A stretch of DNA of 64,000 nucleotides. Origin: Octopus vulgaris (taxonomy: Eukaryota). The DNA is taken from NCBI GenBank assembly GCA_951406725.2, contig OX597836.1:47554001-47618000 (forward strand). Direction: 5' to 3'. Shown here one piece after another: positions 11,936-24,839 of the stretch. The notes beneath the pieces are model-generated. The model was not told the DNA's origin. It searched no databases and worked only from the letters and a program-made list of their open reading frames with translations. The translations under genes and the position numbers were made by a program. Numbering within the stretch: the first letter of the stretch is position 1; every line of letters starts with the position of its first letter.

Positions 11936-12909
11936 ATAATTTTTATTATTTTTATTATTATTATTACTGAAATGTCAATTGATTCATTAAGTAATAAGTA
12001 TGTATGTCACTTGCAATAGTTCATTCACCCTTGTCTCACATCCAAAATGTCATTATTTTCATAACCCCCAACCCTACGAGGCTAAAACGTAAAAAGGGAA
12101 AAAAATTCTGAAATACTTCTCTCTGTATGAAAAGGTTTTGTTTTTGTTTTGTTTTTTGTTTTGTTTTGTTTTGTTTTTTTGTTTTTGCATGGCAACAGCA
12201 ATCTTTTGGATAGTAAGGAAGTGTAAAAGATCACAGATAAGTTCACACCAACAGAAAAATAATGCTTCAACTGGAATTTCTGTCCTAAAACTAGAACTGT
12301 TGTTGATGAAGGACTCTTCTGAAACCAGACCTAGCTGCTTTAAAAATGAAAGGGCACATTAGATAATGTAATCCAAGATAGATATACAAAAAAGACAGAG
12401 GATGGTTATGCCTGGAATGCCTAACCATCCTCTGTCATAGTGATTTTAGGTTTACTGAACAAGTACAACAACAACAATTATAAAAAACAAGGATTTGAGA
12501 CACAAGTTAATGGTGATTTGGGTCAAAAAGAGTGATATAGGACTGGTGAAAAGAAGGTAGTTATTTAGACCATGGTCAACCTTGACCATGCATATTTATT
12601 GTCAATGGCACTACAGCCTTAATCCGACTTTTTTCTCGCATAATTTAACTATATTTTCCAATTTGTTTTGCTTTTATATAAGAAGGAAAGTGATGATCTG
12701 AAAGAGAGTTTTGACTGCTATTGCAAGCAGGGTGAGCGGCTATGTAGAAGCATCTGGGTTTGCTGTTAGGAGAGGGGAAAAAAGATTAATGGTTCTGGAA
12801 AAGTACTCCTCAAGAATTATTCTTGAATGAAGAGCTCTGGCCAAAATGAGATAACACCTCCTCCCACTTGACAATTTTTTATTATTTTCTATACTTCTAA
12901 TACCATTGA

Positions 12910-13293
12910 TGGAGGCGCAATGGCCCAGTGGTTAGGGCAGCAGACTCGCGGTCATAGGATCGCGGTTTCGATTTCCAGACCGGGCGTTGTGAGTGTTTAT
13001 TGAGCGAAAACACCTAAAAGCTCCACGAGGCTCCGGCAGGGGATGGTGGTGATCCCTGCTGTACTCTTTCGCCACAACTTTCTCTCACTCTTACTTCCTG
13101 TTTCTGTTGTACCTGTATTTCAAGGGGCCGGCCTTGTCACTCTCTGTGTCACGCTGAATATCCCCGAGAACTACGTTAAGGGTACACATGTCTGTGGCGT
13201 GCTCAGCCACTTACACGTTAATTTCATGAGCAGGCTGTTCCGTTGATTCGGATCAACCGGAACCCTCATCGTCGTATCAACGGAGTGCTTCCA
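12910..13293 (+). mobile_element. tRNA(Arg)-derived SINE family C (possibly octopus OR1-type), full length with 12-bp TSD
   Basis: Head GGAGGCGCAATGGCCCAGTGGTTAGGGCAGCAGACTCGCGG (A box, TCG anticodon-like loop) and B box GGTTTCGATTTCC. TSD TAATACCATTGA at 12898-12909 and 13294-13305. Confidence 0.9.
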
Positions 13294-15483
13294 TAATACC
13301 ATTGAAATGAGTTTTACATTTCAAACAAGGAATAGGAGTTAAAAAATATTTAGCAAATCCCTTCTGATGCAAACTTGCCTGAGTTCACCACGGGTTCACA
13401 GAAATGCTTGTTTTCAAGTAAAACATTCCAATATGTAAGAAACTTTCTTTCAGTTACATTCTAAATGTCAATTTGATAATGAAAAAGTTATTTTATTAAA
13501 TCCCTCCACATTCTTGATTACACAGTATAATACAATTTTGTTCCAAGTGGGCAACTGTTATTATTCCCTATTTGCTGACCCCTAGAAACTATGAAAAATG
13601 ACTGATATTTCATTTAAACTTTGCTTTTGTTACATTTATTCAAACTCCAAAGAATCCCTCTCTGCACATGACTATGATACTCCCCCACTACTTCTACTCA
13701 TCATCAGAGATGCACATATTTTCAGCCACTAAGGGACTTGCTCAACTGGTTAAGGTCAAGCAAGTGACAAGCAAATCTGTGATATTGGACAGAATATTTG
13801 CTATAATGATATTTCTGCTTCAGCAACTCAGTGCTGAATCTGTCTGAAATGTAATGGAAAATGGGTCAGTTTCAAAACATTGATGCCCGGGTGATAAAAG
13901 CAAATTTTGAAGGGAATGGTAGTCATTTTCTTTGATTTTTAGATTGAAGCAAATAGGAAATAACACTTACCAAAGAGAAAAAAAAATGTTAGTCAGTGTT
14001 ATTTTCAAAAGTGGTACTTTATGTTAAAAATATGGTCACAAAAAGGTCAAATAATCAGCAATGGCAGCTGCATTTCCTCATTGTCAAGGATATTTCTAAA
14101 AATTTTCATTTACTAGTGAGTCTCATTTTTGGAGAGAAAAAGGCACAAGTTCAAACCTCACAGAGCTTGGTCTTCAAAATTAGTGTATCAATTGTTTTAA
14201 GATGAGGGGAGGCTTTTGAAGTTGCTCACAAATGCTCACACTGTACTCTGTCACAATCCATCTAGGCAATTTTTTAAATTAATAAAAGCAAGACATGGCC
14301 CATCTTGCAGGATTTGAATTCCTAGCCAAAATCTGAACTGTAAACAAAAATCTGGAACAGATACCACAAGATACCTTGACTAATTCCATCAATCTACTGC
14401 CCTTCAGTGGACTTTTTTTTTATCAACAATGAAAGGATTAAAATGTAAACTTCAAATGTTCAACAAAATTTGAAAAGTCAATGTACAGGACACTCTAACA
14501 ACACTTCAAAATTGTCCTTTGAACTAAAAAAGAAATTATCATTATTATTATTATTATCACTGTTATATTAATATTTTATCAGATAAAAATATACAAAATA
14601 ATTATAATTTCTAATTTAGACACAAGGCCATCAGTTTCAAGTGTTTTGATTATATTGAGCCCAATATTTGGTGGTAATTTTATTTATGATGGGGTTTCAA
14701 CTCAGAGCTCAGAGAGCCAGGACAAATGCTGCAAAAGAAGCTCAAACAAGTAAAAGAAAAAAATTTTTAAAGTAAATATAAAAAAAAACATGCTTATAGT
14801 CAAGCTGAAAGAGGTTTTCACACATAGAAAGTAAGAGAGTACAAACATCTCTGTAGTGTGTCTATATTTTGAATAAATGTCATACAAGATCAAATGAGAA
14901 AACAGATGAACTAAAATATTGGTATAAATATTGTGATTAGAAGTAACATTAATTGGTGGTGAGTGAAGCTCTACCAGATTTGAAATTGGACTGACCTGAC
15001 AATGACATTTTAAATAGGTAATGATGAAAATATGGCAACCTAGCAGGTTAATTGGAATAAGACCTTTCTTGTAAATTTGACAAAATTTTTTTTTCTTTTT
15101 TTTTTATGACATTTAGAACATTTAGTTGTTTATTGCTTCTTGTTTTTCAATTTCAAATAAAACAAGCTTTGAAGATGGCTACCAAGCAGTTGTTCTGTGG
15201 GAAAACACACACACACACACACTTGCACTCACATTTATGTGTTCTGTTTGTTTTCATCATTCCACATTCACTCACTCATTATTCCTAACAACTTTTCATT
15301 GTTGATACCAACAAAAATGAACAACATTATTATTAAAGGCATGAAATTGGAATGATTTTGGTGGGATGGTAACTGATGAGGAATGAGTGAGTCTATGTCC
15401 TGTGAATGAATTTCCAATTCATTCCTTTGTCAAGTTTCTGTTTTAATTTTTGAAACTTATCGTGTTTTATATAAATACATTCA

Positions 15484-15868
15484 TGGAAGCACTCCGTCGG
15501 TTACGACGACGAGGGTTCCGGTTGATCTGAATCAACGGAACAGCCTGCTCGTGAAATTAACGTGCAAGTGGCTGAGCACTCCACAGACACATGTACCCCT
15601 AACGCAGTTCTCGGGGATATTCAGCGTGACACAGAGAGTGACAAGGCCGGCCCTTTGAAATACAGGTACAACAGAAACAGGAAGTAGGAGTGAGAGAAAG
15701 TTGTGGTGAAAGAGTACAGCAGGGATCACCACCATCCCCTGCCGGAGCCTCATGGAGCTTTTTTAGGTGTTTTTGCTCAATAAACACTCACAATGCCCGG
15801 TCTGGGAATCGAAACCGCGATCCTATGACCGCGAGTCTGCTGCCCTAACCACTGGGCCATTGCGCCTC
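15484..15868 (-). mobile_element. SINE family C, full length, inverted relative to the 12910 copy
   Basis: Highly similar reverse complement of 12910-13293. TSD AAATACATTCA at 15473-15483 and 15881-15891. Confidence 0.9.
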
Positions 15869-16929
15869 TCACAGGCAACCAAATACATTCATATATATGT
15901 AAGCAAAATGTAAGTGCAAAGTGGTTATCTTTTTAAGGTTTGCAAATGCCAAAAAAATGAGGGGCTTCTATTAAAAAGTGATAGAGATGATGGAGATATT
16001 AATGGTGATTATGAAACAGAGTTTTGGTGATGGTGCTGATGGTAAGACTGAAGAAAAAATACTGAAATTCTCAGTCACAGTTTTTTACTTCCTTTTAACA
16101 ATTCAAGCAGCAATCAAAAGAGAAACCATTGATGTAATAAATGGACAGCGGATAAAACAAGAATTTCTCACAGGCAACCAAACACTAATTTCCACGCACA
16201 CGCATGCACACACACACACACACACACACTAGTACTCGTTACGAACTATTTTTTTTATTTGTTTATTAATCCATTTATTTTATATGATTGAAAATGTTTC
16301 ATTTTTACATCTATGAATGCAGATTGGATCATCAATAGATTATCAATCTGCCTGGATACATATATATATGTGAGTGTGTTATCTTTTATTGGTTTCAGCC
16401 AGAGTTTGAGGTCAGGCTGGAGCATCAGCTTTTCAGTATGATTAGGTTTCTTTTCTCTACTATTTCTGGTGAAGTAGCAAGTTCAACGGTGCTCCTCTTT
16501 TTTGCGCCTCTTGCTGTCATGCAGCGCCATCTGATATCACAGATGAAAATTTATTCAGATGCTTTTTTAAGATCTCCACATCTACACTTTCCAAATCTCT
16601 GAGACTGGCAGAATGTTGAATAGTTGTGGACTATATATATATGCAAATATATATATACATAGGTTTGTTTGTGTGGGGGAGGGTATGTGTGAATCTGTGT
16701 GTGTGTGTGTGTGAGTGTGAGTATCCAACCACTGAATACTGAAGGTCAGCTAATAAAATTTGCACGTGAAACCAGCCAGTACCAAAACTGCCATAGAAGT
16801 CCAACAAACACACTCTGCCACCAAACAATATGAATCTACCAACTGCTACAAGATTCAAACCAAGAAGGACGGACGGATGGGCTGGCCTTGAAGTTGAAGA
16901 TTTTAAACTAACAGAAACAACACTTGAAT

Positions 16930-17019
16930 ATCACCTGAAGAAACACAACTGGATCTCATTATGCAAATAAACAGTTGTATTTTGGGAGAACCACATTGTG
17001 TGGAAACAATTGTAGTGAT
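16930..17019 (+). ncRNA. Minimal type I hammerhead ribozyme motif (Penelope-type), probably partly degenerate
   Basis: Stem I ATCAC/GTGAT; core CTGAAGA (16935-16941); stem II ACACAA/TTGTGT; GAAA at 17003-17006; stem III AC-AATT-GT; GUA cleavage triplet at 17012-17014. The 10.1-11.1 pair is an A-G mismatch. Confidence 0.6.
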
Positions 17020-17070
17020 TAAAAAAATAACTGTCCAAGTGTACTCCTTCTTGCTGATTCCAATTTCTTC

Positions 17071-17466
<396 letters not shown>

Positions 17467-17487
17467 GTCTGCGTGTATGTGTGCACG

Positions 17488-17690
<203 letters not shown>

Positions 17691-17694
17691 GTGG

Positions 17695-18592
17695 AGTGAG
17701 GAAAGGCAAACAATTAGGCAAGGTATGACAAGGACATTTAATTTAATTTAATTTAATTTAATTCAATCTCATTTAGCAACATGACGAATGGTAAAAAATA
17801 ATAAAAAATAGTCTCTGGCAGCTGTTTCTGGGATATCCCGGCTCTTGGAGCATCATATTGAGCAGAGACAATGTAAGTTGAGTATTGTGCCATCTGAGAG
17901 ATATTGGTTAAACAGTGGGAGGAAGTTCCTCATCAATGATATTTGTTGTGGTTCTTTATGTCCAGGAGGGTGGAAGGGTCCAATTAAATCCAGTCAGATC
18001 AGGTCTTCTTTAACCCTTTAGTATTCAGATTTCTTTGTCAAATGTATTAATTAATAATTCACATTGTTTTGAATTAATCATGCATTATTTTTTAGCTTCA
18101 GGATTTCAAAATGTGTTTGTATATTTTTAGAATGGCATTGTAAGGTAGGTGTGAGTTGTTGGATCAGGTCAATTTTAACAAAAACAACAGGGAGACTGTT
18201 TGAGACGGATATGGCCAGATTAAATGCTAAAGGGTTAAGTAAATCCCATGATCAGAAAGGATGGTTAGGTAGTATAGCATTGTGAAACGAAAGGAAGAAT
18301 ACTGAGTATTTGCACAACTTTGGAACTGTAGCATTCATTTCTCCTCAATATGGAGCACTGCATAACCATTCTTTCCTTCCTCTCACCATGCTGTACTACC
18401 TAACCATCCTTTCCTCCACTGCTTAACCTATATATCTCCAATGATGGAATACCCAGCTTACAGCTCAATACAATGTTCCGATAGCTGGGATGTCCCAGAA
18501 ACAGCAGTCAGAGACGATTTTTTACTATTTGTTTTTATCTAAATTAGATTGAATTAAATGTCTTTGCTGAATTGTGTTTGCCTTTCCTCACT
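17695..18592. mobile_element. Foldback/MITE-like element with long imperfect TIRs and an internal second inverted repeat
   Basis: 17695-17863 (AGTGAGGAAAGGCAAAC...CTGTTTCTGGGATATCCC...) is the reverse complement of 18463-18592. Inner IR at 18255-18300 / 18368-18413. Confidence 0.7.
18014..18234. mobile_element. piggyBac-type MITE nested in the foldback element
   Basis: TTAA|CCCTTTAG...CTAAAGGG|TTAA. Confidence 0.9.
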
Positions 18593-18650
18593 ACTTTAAC
18601 CTACACGAACACACACACACACAATATATACATATATTACATATACATCA

Positions 18651-18995
18651 GGCATGGCTGTGCGGTAAGAAGTCTGCTTACCAGCCACACTATTCCAGGT
18701 TCAGTCCCACTGTTTCACTTTCGGTAATTTTTTTCTTCTGTAGCCTCGAGCTGACCAAAGCCTTGTAAGTGGATTTGGTAGAAGGAAACTTAAAGCTCAT
18801 TGTACAGGTGTGTGTGTGTGTGTGTGTGTGTCACTGCTTGACAACTGGTGCAGGTATGTTTACATCCTCGTCACTCAAATGTTCTTCAAAGGAAATCAAT
18901 AGAATAACAACTGAAAAAAGTACTAAGAGCAATTCATTTGACTAAAATTCTTCAACACAGTGCCCCAGCATGGCCAGTCAACTGACTGGAAGAAT
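18651..18995 (+). mobile_element. SINE family A, old copy
   Basis: GGCATGGCTGTGCGGTAAG head, GGTTCAGTCCC B box, diverged body. Confidence 0.75.
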
Positions 18996-19348
18996 ATAAG
19001 TGTATAGAAATGTGTGTGTGTGTGTGCACGCAAACACATTTACACACACACTAACCCCAGGCGAGTAAATCTAAGTAGGTATTCAAAGAACTTGTACTGC
19101 TGCCAAGGTGAAGGGAGGGAAAAAAACATTTTTTTTTATCTGCCAGGCAGCCAGGCAGACACTTAGCTACAGCTGACTGCATAAATATCTCACAGTGGAG
19201 GTAGTTGACATATTTACAAACACTTACACTCTATTATCACAAAGGTGGGGTATAAAATAACATTTCTGCTTATATTTACGTTTCATAGAGCAGAAGATCA
19301 CACACATACACACGTAATAAAATATATATATATATATATATATCTTTA

Positions 19349-19559
19349 TACTCTTTTTACTTGTTTCAGTCATTTGACTGCGGCCATGCTGGAGCACCGC
19401 CTTTAGTCAAGCAACTCGACCCCGGGACTTATTTTTTTGTAAGCCCAGTACTTATTCTATCGGTCTCTTTTGCCAAACCACTAAGTGACGGGGACGTAAA
19501 CACACCAGCATCAGTTGTCAAGCAATGTTAGGGGGACAAACACAGACACACAAACACAC

Positions 19560-19627
<68 letters not shown>

Positions 19628-19787
19628 GACAGGCTTCTTTCAGTTTCTGTCTACCAAATCCACTCACAAGGCATTGGTCGGCCCGGGGCTATAGCAGAAG
19701 ACACTTGCCCAAGATGCCACGCAGTGGGACTGAACCCGGAACCATGTGGCTGGTTAGCAAGCTACTTACCACACAGCCACTCCTGCA

Positions 19788-19790
<3 letters not shown>
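19349..19790 (-). mobile_element. SINE family A, full length, expanded internal (TA)n
   Basis: Same as 278-666. Confidence 0.9.
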
Positions 19791-19847
<57 letters not shown>

Positions 19848-20507
19848 TGCATACAAATTTATTATATATATATAGCATACTTGATTTTCACATCCAACAG
19901 CAATGAAAGAAACGCAATATAAACACATTTAGGAAATTTCATTCAATAAGTCTTTTCTTATTTTCCATATTGGATATGAGTAAAACACTGCTACACACAC
20001 ACATAGTCTAGCCACCCCACCTATCTCCATTTAATTCAATTACCTATTGTGTTCTTTTCTAGAAACAGGAGACAAGTATTTCAGAGAACTTTCTGAACAC
20101 TACAAGAGGAATTTCATTCACTTTTCCTGACTTGTCAGCAATTCACAGATTACCCTTTTTTTTTTCTCTCTTTTTTTCTATTTTTCTCTCCTCTCCATTT
20201 CGGTTTATGTCTGTTTCCTTCTTGTTCTGAAAATCCTGACTTTGGCATTTCTCCCCTTATCCAAATTTTTCAATATTCATGTCTGATACTCAGAAGAATC
20301 TTGTGTGTGCATATGTGTGTGTGTGTGTGTGCATATATGTGTGTGTGTGTGCGTTTGTGAGAGAGAGAAAGAGAGAGTGTGTGTGTGTGTGTGCACACAC
20401 GAACACACACATTATGTATAGCATCCTATTCTATAAATCTCAAAAATCTCAAAAACATTTATAGCACTTGAGTACAGGTTAGCTTTATCATGTGCACAAC
20501 CATTAGC

Positions 20508-20541
<34 letters not shown>

Positions 20542-20679
20542 ATAGAATTCAATAGGCAAAAGTAGACCATATATAATTTCATTTTAAAGCTGTATTAGTA
20601 AAGCATTTGTTGATCAAAGTTTGATAAGTGCAACGCACAAAACTTTTGGCTTTGAGTCACTTTATGAAACTTTATAGAT

Positions 20680-20716
<37 letters not shown>

Positions 20717-20825
20717 GCCTATCTTAACACAGAAAGGATGCAACAAGTAGCAACAGACAATTTAAGTTGCCATTACAACAACTCAGCAGAGAATAAATTT
20801 ATCCTATTTAAACTTAACTTTATTT

Positions 20826-21040
20826 ATTTCTTTATTACCCACGGGGTCGGGCTAAACATAGAGGGGACAAACAAGGGCAAATGGATTAAGTCGATTACAT
20901 CGACCCCAGTACTTATTTAATCGACCCTGAAAGGATGAAAGGCAAAGTCAACCTCAGCAGAATTTGAACTCAGAACGTAACAGCAGACGAAATACCGCTA
21001 AGCGTTTTGCCCGGCATGCTAACAATTCTGCCAGCTTGCT
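20826..21040 (-). mobile_element. SINE family B
   Basis: Colinear with 3204-3420. Confidence 0.85.
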
Positions 21041-22321
21041 CCCCCAAACTTCAACTATATTGCCAAAGAAAATTAATGAAACTGAAGTCATGAAATGATA
21101 AGTTTTTATTGCTGAGATGAGTTGTTGCTGCTGCTGCTAGTATGATTATAATTTTCTAGGTTATTAACCTCATTTTCAGAGATTAATATATTATTTACTT
21201 CCAAACTATGATCACTTTGATCTCCAATCACATCAAAATGCCATAATCCTGAATTTGTAAATGGTCCCAAACTGGATTTGAACAAGGGACTGGATGTTGT
21301 AAATCTTTCTAACTAGCAACTGAAACAAACTGCTTAGAGAATAAACATACACCACTGACCTAGTGGAGGAGGATACAATCAGTAGAGGAATGAAGATTAC
21401 AGGTTCAAATCCATTCTGAGACTATGTACCCATCTAGGAATAGGATAATTCTAATGATTAGGCACTCAACTCACTCGGATTGCCCTCAAAATCACACATT
21501 GAGTACAGTAAGTAAATCTAGCCAACAGTTGTGACTGAACAATGGCTAGGGAAGATCACCCGTTCTTTGGCTAATTATCTTTTGGTGATGATGCAGTCGC
21601 AAGCACAGACGGAGCCACACTCTTTATCTTAACACTTTTGATCTGGTGGAATATCCTGGATGTGGCACAACTCGAGTGTGAGGGAGAGCGACACCAGCAC
21701 CTGACGAGTACCCATTACAGCTGGATCTATTCTATATCCCTTCGTCTTCCCCACCATTTCCTCTACTCTCAATACCAAGCAAATCAAAACTAAGAACAGA
21801 ACCCTCAATTTGGCCATATTGAATATCTCCCTCTCACCCCCACCCCCATACCTCCACTGCTACCATTCTTTCCTCCGTTAGTGTGAATCATGAGCTTGAA
21901 TGGAGGTGGACTGTACTCCGGCAACCTTTACACTCTCTCCCTGAGTCTTTGGTCATCATACTCTCCACCCCACCCTCACCTCTTCCCTACAGGATATACT
22001 CTAGCTGCCTCACCACCATGTACCACTCCACCCGCTCATATATAATGCAGGGTAGCACTGTACCCCTCCTACTTATCCCACCCAACCACCCCATCACTCT
22101 CACCAATCCCAACACTATTTCCCCCTTTCCTCACGTATCGTTTTCTGACATTCTCTCATTAACACTCCTTATACCACTTCCCTACCCCACCCCATTTCTC
22201 AGTACTATCCATTAGTCTCTACCCTCCCACCCTCTCACATCTTGCGTAACCCCAATAAGAAATGACTCGGACTCTGATGACTCATGCTGGTGTAGGAAGC
22301 AGACCATATATAGAATACAAA

Positions 22322-22552
22322 GGCAGCGAGCTGGCAGAAACGTTAGCACGCCGGGTGAAATGCTTAGCGGTATTTCGTCTGCCGTTACATTGTGAGTTCA
22401 AATTCCGCCGAGGTCAACTTTGCCTTTCATCCTTTCGGGGTCGATAAATTAAGTACCAGTTACACACTGGGGTCGATGTAATCGACTTAATACCTATGTC
22501 TGTCTTTGTTTGTCCCTTCTATGGTTAGCCCCTTGAGGGTAGTAAAGAAATA
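22322..22552 (+). mobile_element. SINE family B, full length with 17-bp TSD
   Basis: Head GGCAGCGAGCTGGCAGAA; TSD CATATATAGAATACAAA at 22305-22321 and 22553-22569. Confidence 0.9.
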
Positions 22553-22639
22553 CATATATAGAATACAAAATGTGTCACACAAAGAGTTATAAAACGTGTG
22601 AATGTAAACATACACACATGCACAAACTCATATATAATC

Positions 22640-22760
22640 TTAGATGCTATTTTACCAAAGATTTCAGATTCGGTGACCTTCTCTTCCCATATAATGTCCA
22701 AGATTTTGTGAATACATCGCATGTAATAAGTATCTCTCATCTGACGTACAGCATCCATGT
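22640..22760 (-). mobile_element. RTE-clade LINE ORF fragment
   Basis: YMRCIHKILDIIWEEKVTESEI resembles the RTE motif MRCLRxILxIxWxDxVxNxEV. Confidence 0.55.
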
Positions 22761-23076
22761 CACGTGACCACCTAGGAAGGGCTGAAGATGCAAAGCCTTC
22801 AACTTAGTGTTCACTGTATATACGATGATGATGATCTTCTCGATTGTCGGTCAGTTTAGTCATCGCAGTGGTTGCATTACTCATTCTTGCACTGGTCCCA
22901 GGCAGAATCTCTTTGGCTAATATTTGGCTCAGATGACTGTTGTTGATAAGATGCTATGAAAGCAGGAAACACAGAGAATGATAGAAATTTACTTCAGATA
23001 CTAAAAAGAGAAACATGGACAGCATCAGCTGCCCATCACGTCAGGCTTTGTCTGTGGTCATTGCAATAAGAGTTGT

Positions 23077-23295
23077 TACTCTCTTTTACTCTTTTACTTG
23101 TTTCAGTCATTTGACTGCGGCCATGCTGGAGCACCGCCTTTAGTCAAGCAAATCGACCCCGGGACTTATTCTTTGTAAGCCCAGTACTTATTCTATCAGT
23201 CTCTTTTGCCGAACCGCTAAGTGACTGGGACGTAAACACACCAGCATCGGTTGTCAAGCAATGCTAGGGGGACAAACACAGACACACAAACATAT

Positions 23296-23334
<39 letters not shown>

Positions 23335-23492
23335 CGACAGGCTTCTTTCAGTTTCTGTCTACCAAATCCACTCACAAGGCATTGGTCGGCCCGAGGCTAT
23401 AGTAGAAGACACTTGCCCAAGGTGCCACGCAGTGGGACTGAACCCGGAACCATGTGGTTGGTAGACAAGCTACTTACCACACAGCCACTCCT
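23077..23492 (-). mobile_element. SINE family A, full length
   Basis: Same as 278-666. Confidence 0.9.
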
Positions 23493-24316
23493 CTCAAATA
23501 TATAAATGAAATGACTGCATATCATGAGTCAGTATAATGAGGATGGGGGGAAAGGAGGGGCGGGGGGGGCAAGAGTGAGAGAAAGGAAGAAATTTTCTTT
23601 GTTGCCAAAACCAGATGGAGGCTGCATTAAAACTGGATGAAAATTTAGTACACAAAACAGATAAATGCAAATCATCCACCACCACAAAAGAAAAAAGAAA
23701 AAAAAAACCATCTTGTAGGATGTTCTATGACCCCACCAGCCCCCTTCTGCAAGTTGGATTCTCCTGAATGCATGGCAATAACTTCAATCTTAGGTAAACA
23801 ATCCTGCAAGTGTCCCCTTTTAGTTGTTGACAGAGTATCTTTGTGGTGGCTTTAACAACCCTCTACCATTTTGATGTTGAATGCACTTGCCTCTTATCCA
23901 TTTTTAACTGGCAGTGTATTTATTGTTGTCTTTTAGTTTCCAAAAGACAAACAAATTCTTCAAGAGATCCATTAGGTCCCAGTTTTCGTTTCTTCAGATG
24001 ACCTTAAAATTCAGGTCCTCCATGGTAGGCAGGCGTTCTGCTTTCATGAAGGATGATACAAAGCTACAGATTTTATGGGGAAGGGTTACAGTTGAAATTC
24101 AGTTTCTCCTGGAAGCTATGCTCCCTACTGTGAGGGATGGCACAGAGTGACAGATTCACAGGAGAGGGTCACAGGCAATTGAAACACCTTATTATATGAC
24201 TGGTATTGATTTTAGAGGGATAGTAAAAAAAGCTACTTCAATAAAATCTGAACTCAGAACATTCAACAAAACTTGTCACTGAAACCACTCATCTTCTCAA
24301 TAATAATAACAATAAT

Positions 24317-24528
24317 CCTTTCTTCTATAAGCAGAACATCTGAAATTTTTGGAGAGTTGGTTAATCAGTTACATCAATCCCAGTATACAATTGTTACTTT
24401 TATTTCATCAATCCTGAAAGGATGAAAGGCAAAGTTGACCTCAGTAGAATTTGAACTCAGAACGTAAAGATGAACAAAATGCCACTAAGCATTTTGTCCA
24501 ACATGCTAACAATTCTGTCATCTCACCA

Positions 24529-24530
<2 letters not shown>
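24317..24530 (-). mobile_element. SINE family B, older subfamily
   Basis: GAAAGGATGAAAGGCAAAG...GAATTTGAACTCAG; flanked by (AAT)/(ATT) arrays. Confidence 0.8.
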
Positions 24531-24562
<32 letters not shown>

Positions 24563-24591
24563 AAAAAGTATCATTATTACTGTTATTGTAT

Positions 24592-24805
24592 ATAGGACAG
24601 TGAGCTGTCTGAACTATTAGCACGTAGGGCAAAATGCTTAGCAGTATTTCATCCAGCTGTACATTCTGAGCTCAAATTCTGCCAAGGTTGACTTTACCTT
24701 TCATCCTTTTAGAGTCGATAAAATAAATACCAGTTGAATACTGGGGTCAATGGGATTGACTTAACCCTTGCCATGAAATTGCTGGCCTTGTGCCAAAATT
24801 TGAAA
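24592..24805 (+). mobile_element. SINE family B, older subfamily, head-to-head with the previous copy
   Basis: CCTTTCATCCTTTTAGAGTCGATAAAAT core; tail GGCCTTGTGCCAAAATTTGAAA. Confidence 0.8.
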
Positions 24806-24839
24806 TTATTGTTGTTGAGAAGATAAGTGGGACTGATTA

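Noticed and set aside
12911-12985. tRNA-Arg gene
   Set aside because: The acceptor stem is not formed, and the sequence continues into a SINE body with a TSD.
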